From positions 15,495-79,494 of the forward strand of contig CAZUZO010000002.1 in NCBI GenBank assembly GCA_964624765.1: a stretch of 64,000 nt of DNA. The letters run 5' to 3'. The notes under the pieces are model-generated. The model made no database searches. It was not told the DNA's origin and was given only the letters and a program-made list of their open reading frames with translations. The first letter of the stretch is position 1. Each line of letters starts with the position of its first letter. Positions 9,801 through 18,557 of the stretch are shown here, piece by piece. The position numbers and the translations under genes were made by a program. Origin of the DNA: an uncultured Thiotrichales bacterium. Its GTDB lineage: Bacteria; Pseudomonadota; Gammaproteobacteria; HK1.

Positions 9801-9942
9801 TTTGTTCTCGCTGGCGTTCGGGCTGGCGGGGCAGTCGTTGCTGTGGGGACCGGTCGCGGCCAGCATCGTTTGGGGTTTGGCTTTTTCCACCGTGTTGACC
9901 TTGTTTGTGGTGCCGGTCTTGTACCGCATCTTTATGCGCTAG
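6871..9942 (+). CDS. efflux RND transporter permease (AcrB/AcrD/AcrF family)
   Basis: 1023 aa with 12-TM RND architecture. The typical N-terminus is NHPLANIAFLVVILMGVLAY, with a repeated TM bundle (LVALGVVFSVTGTFVLL..., LILVTVPLAFTGVTLGLL...). Confidence 0.95.
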   Translation: MRLLRAFVTNHPLANIAFLVVILMGVLAYTRMPREQDPEINFNWVNISTTLPGASAEDVERRVTNPLEDAIRKVQDVKFVVSSSRESVSNILVRFRDISPRMLDKRVNDLRREIQNKANAELPVEALDPEILEITTSNGFPTAMVVLAGQADDEPLRFAARTVKEDLEQIAGVDQVQALGFREPELRVEFAPAALAARGLTAVDLAETLGLWFRDVFAGKVKTAHGEWLVRVSGTSADPELLASFYVQPPGAAGMRVPLDAVARVRRGSEEPRQLAAMDGRPAVLFSVTKVGYTNTLELVGRIRDYIDRKNAVLAGSGLKLILADDQTVATREALDIMQNNAAIGLLLVLATCWLFLGARIAILVALGVVFSVTGTFVLLEAVGFTLNVSVLLGIVIVLGMLVDDAVVVVEATYFRMQRGMAALTAALDALREVGLPVLAAVTTTMAAFLPLMLLPGIVGQFMFVIPFVVTVGLAVSLIEAFWILPAHINALGGRAIGRSRTQTLREQWTHRLRIEYTRLLIHVMRYPRAYLGLAFALFLGAVTAVGLGGVKLQFFAFDPIRLYYVHVDLPPDTPLEDTLRQTLAVEERVRAGLREGEARSVVSLAGAKFTETEPLYGDQYGQIAVSLNPAVGDARGLDEIIEGMRASVIQTPGQATISFLKLSGGPPTAKPISVKVRADDREELRAAADVVKSLVARIPGARDVVDNDTPGRAELSLRVDVTAARNAGLDPGLVARLVRLHVDGEVVADLRDRGEKVELRVLGTPRSVTRIREVLDDPLALPGGGVTALGALLVAEDRESLGLIRHWNLRRSITVEADLDKSQTDTLAANDQLRAQWEEIRARYPGTDLDFSGELDDINESLEAMGPLFLLGVGLIYLILAGQFRSYFQPLLILVTVPLAFTGVTLGLLVSGNPLSLYTLYGVIALTGIAVNAAIVLISAANARLAAGMSTLHATLYAARRRVIAILMTTGTTIAGLFSLAFGLAGQSLLWGPVAASIVWGLAFSTVLTLFVVPVLYRIFMR

Positions 9943-10114
9943 GGGCGACCTCAACGAGTCGCCCGGTCGCCCAGTTCCTGCTGCAACGGGATGTCCCTGA
10001 GCGCCTTACGGAACGCCGCTACGCGTTCTGTGACCTGCCATCAGAGAGAGGCGCCGTGCGTGGGAGGACGGCGACGTGAGGTGATCGGATCCAGTGTTCG
10101 GGAGGAGACGATAG

Positions 10115-10591
10115 ATGACGGCATGGCCACGACCGAGTCCAGAGAACATGTACTGGGTGGACCACGTGAAGCTTCTGCGTTGGAGCTTACGTGCCTGCAC
10201 CGGTCGCGACCTGATCGAAGAGGCGGTGAGCGACACGGAAGCCGCGCGGCGCGTGTTTCACGCACCGTTCGTGCTGCTTTCCCATAACGCCGATGCGGAC
10301 CCCGTCCTCACGTACGGTAATCTGCAGGCTTTGGAGTTATTTGGAGTGTCGTGGGAGCAATTGACCGCCATGCCATCGCGACTGACCGCAGAGTGGCCTG
10401 AGCGCCAGGAACGCGAACGATTGCTTGCGGAGGTAGCTGCCAAGGGGGCTATCGAAGACTATTCGGGTATTCGGAAGTCATTCGATGGCAAACGCTTTCG
10501 CATCCAGCGTGCTACGGTATGGAACCTCATCGACACTAACGGCGTCTATCGTGGTCAAGCTGCTACGTTTCAAGATTGGGTGCCCTTATAG
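10115..10591 (+). CDS. MEKHLA domain protein
   Basis: GGAGGAG precedes the ATG. FVLLSHNADADPVLTYGNLQALELFGVSWEQLTAMPSRLTAE...RFRIQRATVWNL matches the PAS-like MEKHLA pattern. Confidence 0.75.
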   Translation: MTAWPRPSPENMYWVDHVKLLRWSLRACTGRDLIEEAVSDTEAARRVFHAPFVLLSHNADADPVLTYGNLQALELFGVSWEQLTAMPSRLTAEWPERQERERLLAEVAAKGAIEDYSGIRKSFDGKRFRIQRATVWNLIDTNGVYRGQAATFQDWVPL

Positions 10592-10758
10592 GGGGATGAG
10601 GGCTTTGCTCGCGAGCCGCTCGCGGCGGCTGCTTTGTACTCACCACGGCCCACGACCGATCAAACGCCGATAAGTCGGCCCCTTCAGCCGAATCGGGCAT
10701 GGGCGCCACGCCGAGTTCTAGGAGGAGTCCCTTTGAGCCGTGCGTGTGGGCGGGGGCG

Positions 10759-12858
10759 TCAAAGCTTCAAGCGTGCGATGTAGTCCGCCAGCCGCGCTGT
10801 GGCTTCCTCGAGGTCGCGCTGGCCCTGCTTAAGTTCGGCGTTCAGCTCTTCCAGTTGGTTTTCTTGGGTATCCAGTTTCTGGAGGTACCGCCTATACAGA
10901 TCGCTATCGCTGGAAACACGAGTTAAGTTTTCGCGAAGGCGCTCCTGGTCGTCGAAGATGCCTGCTCGGGTTGCGCTGAGCCGATCGACGCGCTGGCGCT
11001 GGTCATCCACTTCCCGATGTAGCCTGGCCATCTCGACAAAGGCTTGGCGCACGGGTTGGTCGAGCTCGGTCGAGCGTGCATAGCCCAGTATTCGGTCTAA
11101 CGAGAGCGATCGGATCTGGATTTGCTCGGTTTCAGGATGCTCTAAATGCACATCCAGAGTACTCTCGCTGCCGCCTGGCAAACGGACGGGGATGCGATAG
11201 CGGTCGTCGGTGAGTACGACCGGTTTCTCCTCCATGGCGATGAGCTGCCAACCGGGACGGCGCGGGTGCTCGATGAGTAGCTGACGCTCCTCGTGCTCCG
11301 GGGCTTTCATACGGTAGGTCGTCGTCTCGCGTCGCACCACTGTCAAGCGCAGAATGCCGCGGTCAATGGTGGCTTGCGCGATGCTGCGCTCGGATTTGAC
11401 CTCTTTGCTGATGCGGGTTCCTTGATCGACAGCGAAGCTCACCAATCGCTCGTCGCCGGCGGGCCAGGTGCCAAGCTGGGCATCGCCGACAAAAGCGAGC
11501 TTCTCGTTACGCGCCCGTTCATAAAGGGCCAGGATTCCCGCTGGCAGGGCGGCAGGACCGTCATTGACCAGTTGTACTGCGGCAAGCGGATGGGTCTGAT
11601 GTGTTTCATGTTGGTATAGCGACAGCCGGGTAACGGGTATTTCCCGGTTCGCAATCGGTACCACCAAGGATTGTCCGGTTGGCACGCTGACCGCAATGGG
11701 CAGGCGAAACAGGACCTGGGCCGCAAGGTCCTCGCTGTCGGCGACTGCTTGAGGCTGTAGACGGTCAGTCAGGGGGCTCGAAACGTCAGCCTGTTTGGTC
11801 GGCGACGTCGCAACTGATAACTCTTCAGACAACATCCTCAGATGAGTACGTTTGTCTTCGGATCGGAGTGCTGCTCCGGGAGCCTGTGGGTGGGTCTGGG
11901 AGGTGGCGGATAAGGGGGCCAGCCCCAGGGTTCCCGAATCCGGCACCGGCAGCACCCGACCCAACACCTCTACCGGGACCGCCGGCCGGTCGACGTAATA
12001 GCTGGCATAAACCGCCTGGCGAAAGGTGACAGGGTTTCCGGAAACCAAGGACAGCTCCACATCGGCCCAGTCGTGGCCACTCATGTTTTCGAGCACCGCA
12101 AAGCCCCGCAGGGATCCTTTGCTGGCGCCGTCCCTCTTGTCGAGAGTCAGCCGGTAGCTGGTTTTCCACAGCGGGGCTGAGACCACATAGCCAACGCGTA
12201 CCGCCCTCCTGCCATTGCCCGCAAAGGTGATGCGCAGCGTACGTTTGTCGCGCAGCCGATGGTGTGCTATCGCCGTCAGCGCCTGATCCAGCTGGCGCCC
12301 TAGCGCAGGATCGACGAACCTCACGGCATCGGCCTCCTCGAACAGGAAGTGGCGCACTCCGTCCGCTGTCAGCAAGCTGATTCGGTGTTGGGTGATGGTA
12401 CCCTGGTTACCCGCTAGGACAGCGGTTTCCGGAACCACACGCAGGAGACGGCCCTTGAGTTGGCGCTGTCCCTTGGCCTCCACCTCGGCGCCTTGCAAAG
12501 CGTTAAAGAGAGCCAGCGGGGAGCTCAAAGCGTCCTGAGTAAACGGTAGATCGCGAAAGATATGCGTCAACGGCTCGCGACCGGGGAGGCCGATGGTCGC
12601 CATGTCGCCGCTGTCGTCCTGCACGATGAGGCTTTTCAACACATCGTCGACCTGCTCCAGGGGTACCTCAAGATGCAGTTCAGCATTGCCTTCTATCAGC
12701 GCTTCGTGCTCGAAATACCCGACCCCTCCGGTGGAGAGCATGACCCGCTTGAGGGACAGCGGGTCGGCCGCTGCACCGACCGGTAGTAACAGGGCAGCAA
12801 GCCAAAAGCCTATGCATAAGACGCAATGCGATACGCCAGTCATTGACGTGTTTCTCAT
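10759..12858 (-). CDS. DUF4139-type protein (MuiA-like), secreted, C-terminal coiled coil
   Basis: 699 aa with signal peptide (GFWLAALLLPVGAAADP). The long beta-rich body and terminal coiled coil (LQKLDTQENQLEELNAELKQGQRDLEE) resemble DUF4139/DUF4140 proteins. Assignment is by recollection only. Confidence 0.7.
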   Translation of the reverse strand: MRNTSMTGVSHCVLCIGFWLAALLLPVGAAADPLSLKRVMLSTGGVGYFEHEALIEGNAELHLEVPLEQVDDVLKSLIVQDDSGDMATIGLPGREPLTHIFRDLPFTQDALSSPLALFNALQGAEVEAKGQRQLKGRLLRVVPETAVLAGNQGTITQHRISLLTADGVRHFLFEEADAVRFVDPALGRQLDQALTAIAHHRLRDKRTLRITFAGNGRRAVRVGYVVSAPLWKTSYRLTLDKRDGASKGSLRGFAVLENMSGHDWADVELSLVSGNPVTFRQAVYASYYVDRPAVPVEVLGRVLPVPDSGTLGLAPLSATSQTHPQAPGAALRSEDKRTHLRMLSEELSVATSPTKQADVSSPLTDRLQPQAVADSEDLAAQVLFRLPIAVSVPTGQSLVVPIANREIPVTRLSLYQHETHQTHPLAAVQLVNDGPAALPAGILALYERARNEKLAFVGDAQLGTWPAGDERLVSFAVDQGTRISKEVKSERSIAQATIDRGILRLTVVRRETTTYRMKAPEHEERQLLIEHPRRPGWQLIAMEEKPVVLTDDRYRIPVRLPGGSESTLDVHLEHPETEQIQIRSLSLDRILGYARSTELDQPVRQAFVEMARLHREVDDQRQRVDRLSATRAGIFDDQERLRENLTRVSSDSDLYRRYLQKLDTQENQLEELNAELKQGQRDLEEATARLADYIARLKL

Positions 12859-13029
12859 AACCGGTTCCCATGGCGCATGGTAAACTGATTTTAACGCGGA
12901 TGATCCACTCGTTACCTGGGTTGCATAATACTCTTAGCGTGCTGGGCAAAGCACGTGGTTGCCGGGGGTGGGGTGCGATCGGAGGGGAGTGGATAAGCCG
13001 TTGGGGAAACGAAGACCGAGGCTTTCTTA

Positions 13030-13172
13030 GAAGCTGTTTTAAAAACGTCGCGGGCGCCTCCAGAGCAAGGCGCACGGCGGCTCAGAACCGCAGTGTACGA
13101 CCGAGTACATGAGGATTCTGAGCCGCCGTGCAACGCCGCTCAGACAAGCGCAGTCGTTCTTGAACCAGCTTG
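13030..13172 (+). mobile_element. type-1 inverted-repeat element, short form (143 bp)
   Basis: GAAGCTGTTTTAAAAACG...CCAGCTTG. It contains a perfect 16-bp internal stem (13072-13087 / 13116-13131) and is flanked by TTA (13027-13029) and TTA (13173-13175). Confidence 0.85.
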
Positions 13173-13184
13173 TTATAGGCGGAT

Positions 13185-14180
13185 GTGGCAGTGGTGGTGG
13201 AAACATACACGGTGACGGGGCCGACCAATCCCGATCATCAGGTTCAGTGGCGGCCTGCCTATATTGATCTGGTGGAGAGCGGAGTGCTGGCTGAGCGCGC
13301 GCAGGAGGCTTACCAACTGTTGGAAAGGTGCCGGTTGTGCCCGCGCTACTGCGGCATCGACCGCCGGGTCACGGTTAAGGGGGCAGTCTGTCGCACCGGC
13401 GTGCATGCCGTCGTACATAGCTACGGGCCGCATCACGGCGAGGAAAACCCGCTTCGGGGTTGGAACGGGTCGGGCACCATATTCTTTAGTGGGTGTAATT
13501 TGCGCTGTGTTTACTGCCAGAACTGGGAGATCAGTCAAAAGGGAGTCGGGCGCGAGATCGAAACTGGCGAACTGGCTCGAATGATGCTCGAGCTGCAGTC
13601 CGAAGGCTGTCATAACATCAACCTGGTTTCACCCAGTCACGTGGTGGCACAAGTGATCGATGCGGTGTCCATCGCCGCGCGGCAGGGTTTGCACTTACCG
13701 ATCGTCTATAACACCGGTGGCTACGACAGTCCGGAAGCCCTGGCGCTGCTCGACGGCATCATCGATATCTATATGCCTGATATGAAATACGGCAACTCCA
13801 TCATCGCTCGCGAGTACTCCAGGGTGCGTGACTATGTCGAGGTGAGTCAGCAGGCGGTGCGGGAGATGCACCGGCAGGTGGGTGATTTGATCTTAGACCA
13901 CTGGGGGTTAGCGCGCCGAGGCCTACTTGTGAGGCACCTGGTCTTGCCGGGAGACCTGGCGGGGACGAATGAAGTACTGAGTTTTATCGCTCGCGAGATC
14001 TCCGAGAATACCTATCTCAACCTCCTGGACCAATACCGTCCCTGTTATCGTGCCGATACGCACCCGCCGCTGGACCGCTCAGTGTCCCGCAAGCAATATC
14101 AACGCGCCCTCAAGTTGGCGGCCGATTTTGGTTTGAGCCGCCTCGATCAACGCTGCCAGCGCGGCCGGTGGGGGCTCTAG
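13185..14180 (+). CDS. radical SAM protein (PflX / activase-like)
   Basis: CX3CX2C motif FSGCNLRCVYCQNWEIS, plus an upstream Cys cluster CRLCPRYCGIDR. The GTG start is 13 nt after the type-1 element. Confidence 0.85.
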   Translation: MAVVVETYTVTGPTNPDHQVQWRPAYIDLVESGVLAERAQEAYQLLERCRLCPRYCGIDRRVTVKGAVCRTGVHAVVHSYGPHHGEENPLRGWNGSGTIFFSGCNLRCVYCQNWEISQKGVGREIETGELARMMLELQSEGCHNINLVSPSHVVAQVIDAVSIAARQGLHLPIVYNTGGYDSPEALALLDGIIDIYMPDMKYGNSIIAREYSRVRDYVEVSQQAVREMHRQVGDLILDHWGLARRGLLVRHLVLPGDLAGTNEVLSFIAREISENTYLNLLDQYRPCYRADTHPPLDRSVSRKQYQRALKLAADFGLSRLDQRCQRGRWGL

Positions 14181-14229
14181 CAGGGGGCGAAGGACGGTCG
14201 GCGTCTCCGCGCTTGGGGCCTCGACGTTT

Positions 14230-15090
14230 TCAGCAACGCTGATTGTCGTGCCGGCGGTCGTCGAGGCGATCGAGCGCATCGGTCAGAGCAGCAGTGTTGG
14301 CATGGCCGGCGGGCGGGGGTGTGCCTCGGTGTGCAAGGTAGGCGAATACCCGCTCACGAATCTCGTTCGCTTCAGCGGTGGCCGTTTTTCTCGCCTGTTG
14401 GACTTCAGCCAACTCGTCTTGCGACCGCTCAAGCTCGGTGATCAACCGTAGCTGCCGTTCTAACGCAGCGTCGAAAGCATTGGGGTCAAGCCCACCTGCG
14501 GTTAATAAGGCCGCCAGGTGTTGGCTTTGTTCGGTCAGTGGGTCTGCTAGCGAGGCAGCGGCATGCTCCGTAGTCTCGTCTTGGAATGCTTCGTCGAGGG
14601 CTGGCGCGGGAAGCAGGGGACTCGCCATCGCCGCTTCGAGCTCCGCTAACCTCTGACGCACCGAGGGTGCGTTCCACTGGCTCGGTGCCTCGAGTCCCGT
14701 CGCCTTAAACCGAAGTCTTGCCCCTAGGCGCCGCCACTCCGTATCTTGCCCAGGGCGCAGCAAGATGAAGATAGGGCCGAGCGGCAAAAGCAACAAGAGG
14801 AAGGTGGGATGAACGGTGAACGCAGCCAAGATCGCTCCGAGTAGCACGGCTAAGAGCGTCGCCCATAGGGTGCGCCGGGTTCGATACCGCTCCTGAACGT
14901 GGGGGGCTTCGAGCCAGGCGAGCAGGGCCCGCCGACCCTCATCGAGCTCCGATCGGGTATCGGACGGAGGCTTCTGGTCGCTTATCAGGGGGCTCCTCCC
15001 CTGCCATGCGTGCGTGCTCAAGCGCACGGACGTGGTCGAGGTTTTGGATGGTCTCGCTTGCCTGACCGCGCGGCAAATGCGGTTTCGCAC
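14230..15090 (-). CDS. hypothetical membrane / coiled-coil protein (start uncertain, possibly a frameshifted continuation of 14939..15316)
   Basis: The 286-aa ORF has a TM pair (LWATLLAVLLGAILAAFTVHPTFLLLLLPLGPIFILL) and Ala/Leu/Glu-rich coiled-coil segments. There is no internal Met for 150 codons. It overlaps the upstream ORF by 152 nt. Confidence 0.5.
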   Translation of the reverse strand: MRNRICRAVRQARPSKTSTTSVRLSTHAWQGRSPLISDQKPPSDTRSELDEGRRALLAWLEAPHVQERYRTRRTLWATLLAVLLGAILAAFTVHPTFLLLLLPLGPIFILLRPGQDTEWRRLGARLRFKATGLEAPSQWNAPSVRQRLAELEAAMASPLLPAPALDEAFQDETTEHAAASLADPLTEQSQHLAALLTAGGLDPNAFDAALERQLRLITELERSQDELAEVQQARKTATAEANEIRERVFAYLAHRGTPPPAGHANTAALTDALDRLDDRRHDNQRC

Positions 15091-15316
15091 TCCAAGAGGC
15101 TTGGGCCCGTAGCGCCACCTCCGCCGCGATACACTCCACTTCCAGGGTGCGTTTGCGTTGGTAGAGATCCCGGATCTCGGCCTCGCGCGCTTTCAGGGCG
15201 CTGACTTGTTGTCGTTGAACCCGTAGCGCTGCTTCATCATCGGTTGTTTGCTGTTCGCAAGTCAGCGCTGGTATCGGCTCGGTGCTAGCTGAGCTCACCT
15301 GGTTTCTCGATGGCAC
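14939..15316 (-). CDS. hypothetical coiled-coil protein (125 aa) or N-terminal part of a frameshifted gene
   Basis: ORF with a coiled-coil segment (AALRVQRQQVSALKAREAEIRDLYQRKRTLE). It ends inside the next ORF in another frame. Confidence 0.4.
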   Translation of the reverse strand: MPSRNQVSSASTEPIPALTCEQQTTDDEAALRVQRQQVSALKAREAEIRDLYQRKRTLEVECIAAEVALRAQASWSAKPHLPRGQASETIQNLDHVRALEHARMAGEEPPDKRPEASVRYPIGAR

Positions 15317-15369
15317 AGGGGGTGACCAACTGGGCTAAGGAGAATAAGGATACCGGCTCACGCCTTATC

Positions 15370-16227
15370 CTAAGGACTCTCGGGCACCCGCCGCCTCTTC
15401 TCCACATCTAACTTAAGTATAAACCGTTGCAGGCGCGCCGCCATGCGTGAATCGAGGCGCAGAAACCGGCACCCAATCTGGGGTTTTCCAGGCCGCGCGC
15501 TGTGCGCATAGCGATTGCGTACCTCGAAGCCTGTCTCGAGTGAGCCTTGACCCGGTAGCTCGATATGGCACACAGGGATCTGCTGGCCGATCGCCAGCAT
15601 CGGCTCGGGAATGTCCTCGGGGACGATCAAGCCCATACCGCTGAGACTGATATCCACCACGGTCACTTCGCAAGTTGCTCCGTCCGGAGCGCGGAAGCGA
15701 CAGATCAGCGGATTGGCCACCGGTGTGGCGACGCGAAAGAACTGTCGGCGTTGCACTCGGATCAAGGCATCTGGCTCCGGAACCGCGAAAGCCGGATAGT
15801 CTTGCTGTTCCGCCATGGCAAGGTGGGCGATACTAAACCGGATCGGCACTTGATTGTGGGTGGTGACGGCGATCCTCTGTTGGGCGTGCAACAAGCGTTG
15901 ATTGGCGGTTTCATCTGTGCTGCAGTCGAGATAAACGACTGCTGTCTTCGGGTCGTAGCCGATGACAGCGCTCAAGATGAAATCTTGGCCCGCATCGAAA
16001 TAGATCGTGATTTGCCGGTTATGGCGCGCGAGATCCGAAAGAATACGTTGGATCGTGACCTTATCGCGAACCCGGAACCGTTCGAGATCAGATTCCATAT
16101 CGGGTGATGGCTTAGTGGGTAGAGTGGGGGGTGCTGTCATGATGTGAGGGTGTTGCCAGGGGCTCTGCAAAATTCTAACAAACTCAACGCTGTTTTTTGT
16201 CGCAGAATCGCCTAAGGCATACGTCAT
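15370..16227 (-). CDS. YcgR-like flagellar brake / c-di-GMP-binding PilZ protein (start uncertain)
   Basis: PilZ motifs RRQFFR and DISLSGMG, preceded by a PilZN-like domain. Alternative ATGs are at 16140 and 16098. Confidence 0.8.
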   Translation of the reverse strand: MTYALGDSATKNSVEFVRILQSPWQHPHIMTAPPTLPTKPSPDMESDLERFRVRDKVTIQRILSDLARHNRQITIYFDAGQDFILSAVIGYDPKTAVVYLDCSTDETANQRLLHAQQRIAVTTHNQVPIRFSIAHLAMAEQQDYPAFAVPEPDALIRVQRRQFFRVATPVANPLICRFRAPDGATCEVTVVDISLSGMGLIVPEDIPEPMLAIGQQIPVCHIELPGQGSLETGFEVRNRYAHSARPGKPQIGCRFLRLDSRMAARLQRFILKLDVEKRRRVPESP

Positions 16228-16310
16228 GAACGCAATACGCGCTGTTTCGGCTGCGCCCGATAGCGGTAGCCTTAACGGCTCCGGTGAAGGACGTGATAGT
16301 GTTCGGCTGA

Positions 16311-16431
16311 GAGGTTGTCAAAAAACCGGCGCGAGCGGGCCGCGGCGACGGAACCTATCAGATAGATAGGCGAGGAGTGAGCACCGCCCAACGCCGCTAT
16401 CGGGTGGTGTAGCAGGTTTCTTCACAACCTC
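16311..16431 (+). mobile_element. type-2 inverted-repeat element (121 bp; core arm on the left, as in type 1)
   Basis: GAGGTTGTCAAAAAACCGGCGCGAGCGG...CCTATCAGATAGATAGG...GCAGGTTTCTTCACAACCTC. TGA lies at 16308-16310 and, offset by 1 nt, at 16433-16435. Confidence 0.85.
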
Positions 16432-16562
16432 TTGAGTGGAAGTACCGGCGAGGCCTACCCAGTACCTAGGGCGCCCAGTTCGCTGCATCGGTGCGACGGT
16501 TTTCATGGTGTGATTGCGCAGTATGAGTAGGTATGCTGTCTCAATTGTTAGGAGTAGAACGT

Positions 16563-16877
16563 ATGGCTACGATGCAAGCGCGGTTTTCGGTGGGACAGGT
16601 GGTCCATCATCGGTTGTTCGATTACCGAGGCGTCATCATCGACGTGGATGCAGGCTTCCAAGGTACGGATGAGTGGTACGAGCAAGTGGCGCGCACCAGG
16701 CCGCCTAAGGACCAGCCCTGGTATCACGTGCTGGTGCACGAAAGCGACCGTGAGGCCTATGTGGCAGAGCGCAATCTCGAACCCGATGCGTCGGGGAAGC
16801 CGATAGACCATCCCTACCTCAATAGGCTATTCGTGGGCTTCGAAGAGGGTCGATACATCAGAGGGGCAATCAACTAG
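16563..16877 (+). CDS. hspQ: heat shock protein HspQ (hemimethylated-DNA-binding YccV family)
   Basis: AGGAG lies 8 nt upstream of ATG 16563. ARFSVGQVVHHRLFDYRGVIIDVD...PWYHVLV is the HspQ signature. Confidence 0.85.
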   Translation: MATMQARFSVGQVVHHRLFDYRGVIIDVDAGFQGTDEWYEQVARTRPPKDQPWYHVLVHESDREAYVAERNLEPDASGKPIDHPYLNRLFVGFEEGRYIRGAIN

Positions 16878-17009
16878 GGGCAGGGGCGTAAGCCGGCCGG
16901 CTAGCTAGCGGATCACCGTCGCGCTGGCTGTCAGGAGCCGGCGTGTGATGGGACGAGCGTGTCGAACCCGTCAAGGCGGTGCTGGCAGGGCGCTGGCGCT
17001 GCCGTGCGG

Positions 17010-18527
17010 TCACGAGGGTTTGTTCATGGTGCGCCACCCACCGATGCCGGCCACCGCCAGTGCCGCGGCAAGCCCCATCAGCACCGGGATGTTACCCATG
17101 CGCACGTAGGGTGTCGCGCCGGTCATCGGATAGACCTCGGCGCGCAGCACACGGGCCTCGAACTGAGGGAGACGTTCCTCGATGTCCCCTGTTGGGCTGA
17201 TGACGGCCGTGATCCCCGTATTGGTTGCCCGTGCGAGATACCGACCTGTCTCGACTGCCCGCATGCGCGCCATTTCGAGATTTTGGTGTGGGCCTATGGA
17301 ATCGCCGAACCACGCGTCGTTACTGACGTTGACCAGCAACGTGGCTTGGGGTAGCGACTGGATGATTTCCTCGCCGAACGCAAACTCGTAACACACCGAG
17401 ATGCCAACCTTTTCTCCTGCAACCTGTGCGGGTGGCTGCCGAGGTGGGCCCCGGCTGAAGCGCGATACAGGAAGGTCAAGGACATCGACCAAAGGACGCA
17501 GCACTTTCTCGAGGGGCAGATACTCGGCAAAGGGCACCAGATGGCGCTTGTGATAGAAACTGGTCTGGGGGGCCAGGGCCAGCACGCTGTTGAAATACTG
17601 CTGGGTGGTGCCCTCGAGCACGTCGATGCCCAGCAGGATATCGGGGCTGTGGTCCTCGGCCTCGTCGGCGAGCTGGGCTAGAGCGGGGATGAAGTCGTGG
17701 AGAAACCCAGGCAGGGACGATTCTGGCCACACGACGAGATGCGCATCCCAGTGTTCGCGGGTGAGGCCAAAATACCGGTCCACCGTGCGCTGGCGCGCGC
17801 CGGGTTGCCACTTGAGCTCCTGCGGAATATTTCCCTGCACCAAGGCCAATTGGATAGCCTTGTCACGCGCTTCGGTCCACTGTACCCGTTCCAGGCCGTA
17901 GCTGCCCGCTAACACGGCCAGCACGGCGCCGAAGTAGATGAGCAGTGCGCGGCGTCCCTTTCCCACTGCCAGCACCAGCCCGCCGGCAAGAGATGCCACG
18001 CACCAGCTGACACCGTAGACACCCACCAGGGGAGCCAGGCCTCGTAGGGGCGAATCCAGTTGGCTGTAACCGAGCTGAAGCCAAGTAAATCCGGTCAGAA
18101 ACCACCCACGCGTCCATTCGGCTAACACCCAAGCGGCGGGTAGCAGCAACAATAGCCTGACCGGTTGACTGCCGGTGGCGATGCGGGCTGCGAGATATCC
18201 CGCCAGCGCTGGGAACGAGGCTAGAAAACCGACCAGAAGCGCGGTGAGGCCGACGGCAACGGTGGTTCCGACGTGGCTATACTGAAAGCTTTCATGCACC
18301 CACGACACCCCGAGCCCAAACAGACCGAGCCCAAAGAGCCAGCCGCGCAACAACGCCTGAGCTGGCGAAGCCCTTTCCCAGAGGACGAACAATACCGCTG
18401 GGGCCAGTACGGCAAGGGGTAAGAGGCCAAACGGCGCAAAGGCTAAGGGCAGGGCGAGCCCGGCCAGGAGTGCGGTGGCGTTAGCGTGGCTGCCGTGCCA
18501 GGCGCGGGTAATCGCACCGCTTCTCAT
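17010..18527 (-). CDS. lnt: apolipoprotein N-acyltransferase
   Basis: 505 aa with a polytopic N-domain plus a CN-hydrolase domain (VVWPESS...VCYEFAFGEE...LLVNVSNDAWFG). It sits in the conserved position after corC. Confidence 0.95.
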   Translation of the reverse strand: MRSGAITRAWHGSHANATALLAGLALPLAFAPFGLLPLAVLAPAVLFVLWERASPAQALLRGWLFGLGLFGLGVSWVHESFQYSHVGTTVAVGLTALLVGFLASFPALAGYLAARIATGSQPVRLLLLLPAAWVLAEWTRGWFLTGFTWLQLGYSQLDSPLRGLAPLVGVYGVSWCVASLAGGLVLAVGKGRRALLIYFGAVLAVLAGSYGLERVQWTEARDKAIQLALVQGNIPQELKWQPGARQRTVDRYFGLTREHWDAHLVVWPESSLPGFLHDFIPALAQLADEAEDHSPDILLGIDVLEGTTQQYFNSVLALAPQTSFYHKRHLVPFAEYLPLEKVLRPLVDVLDLPVSRFSRGPPRQPPAQVAGEKVGISVCYEFAFGEEIIQSLPQATLLVNVSNDAWFGDSIGPHQNLEMARMRAVETGRYLARATNTGITAVISPTGDIEERLPQFEARVLRAEVYPMTGATPYVRMGNIPVLMGLAAALAVAGIGGWRTMNKPS

Positions 18528-18557
18528 CGAAACCCGGCGTCGTCGTGCGCGGTTGCG

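Noticed and set aside
9943-9975. Intrinsic terminator calls after the RND pump (GGGCGAC-N8-GTCGCCC), after prk (CCCGCGCGCGGG at about 23861) and after the MEKHLA gene (AGCCGC-TCGCG-GCGGCT at about 10610).
   Set aside because: The hairpins are present but are not followed by a convincing T-tract, so I did not list them as terminators.
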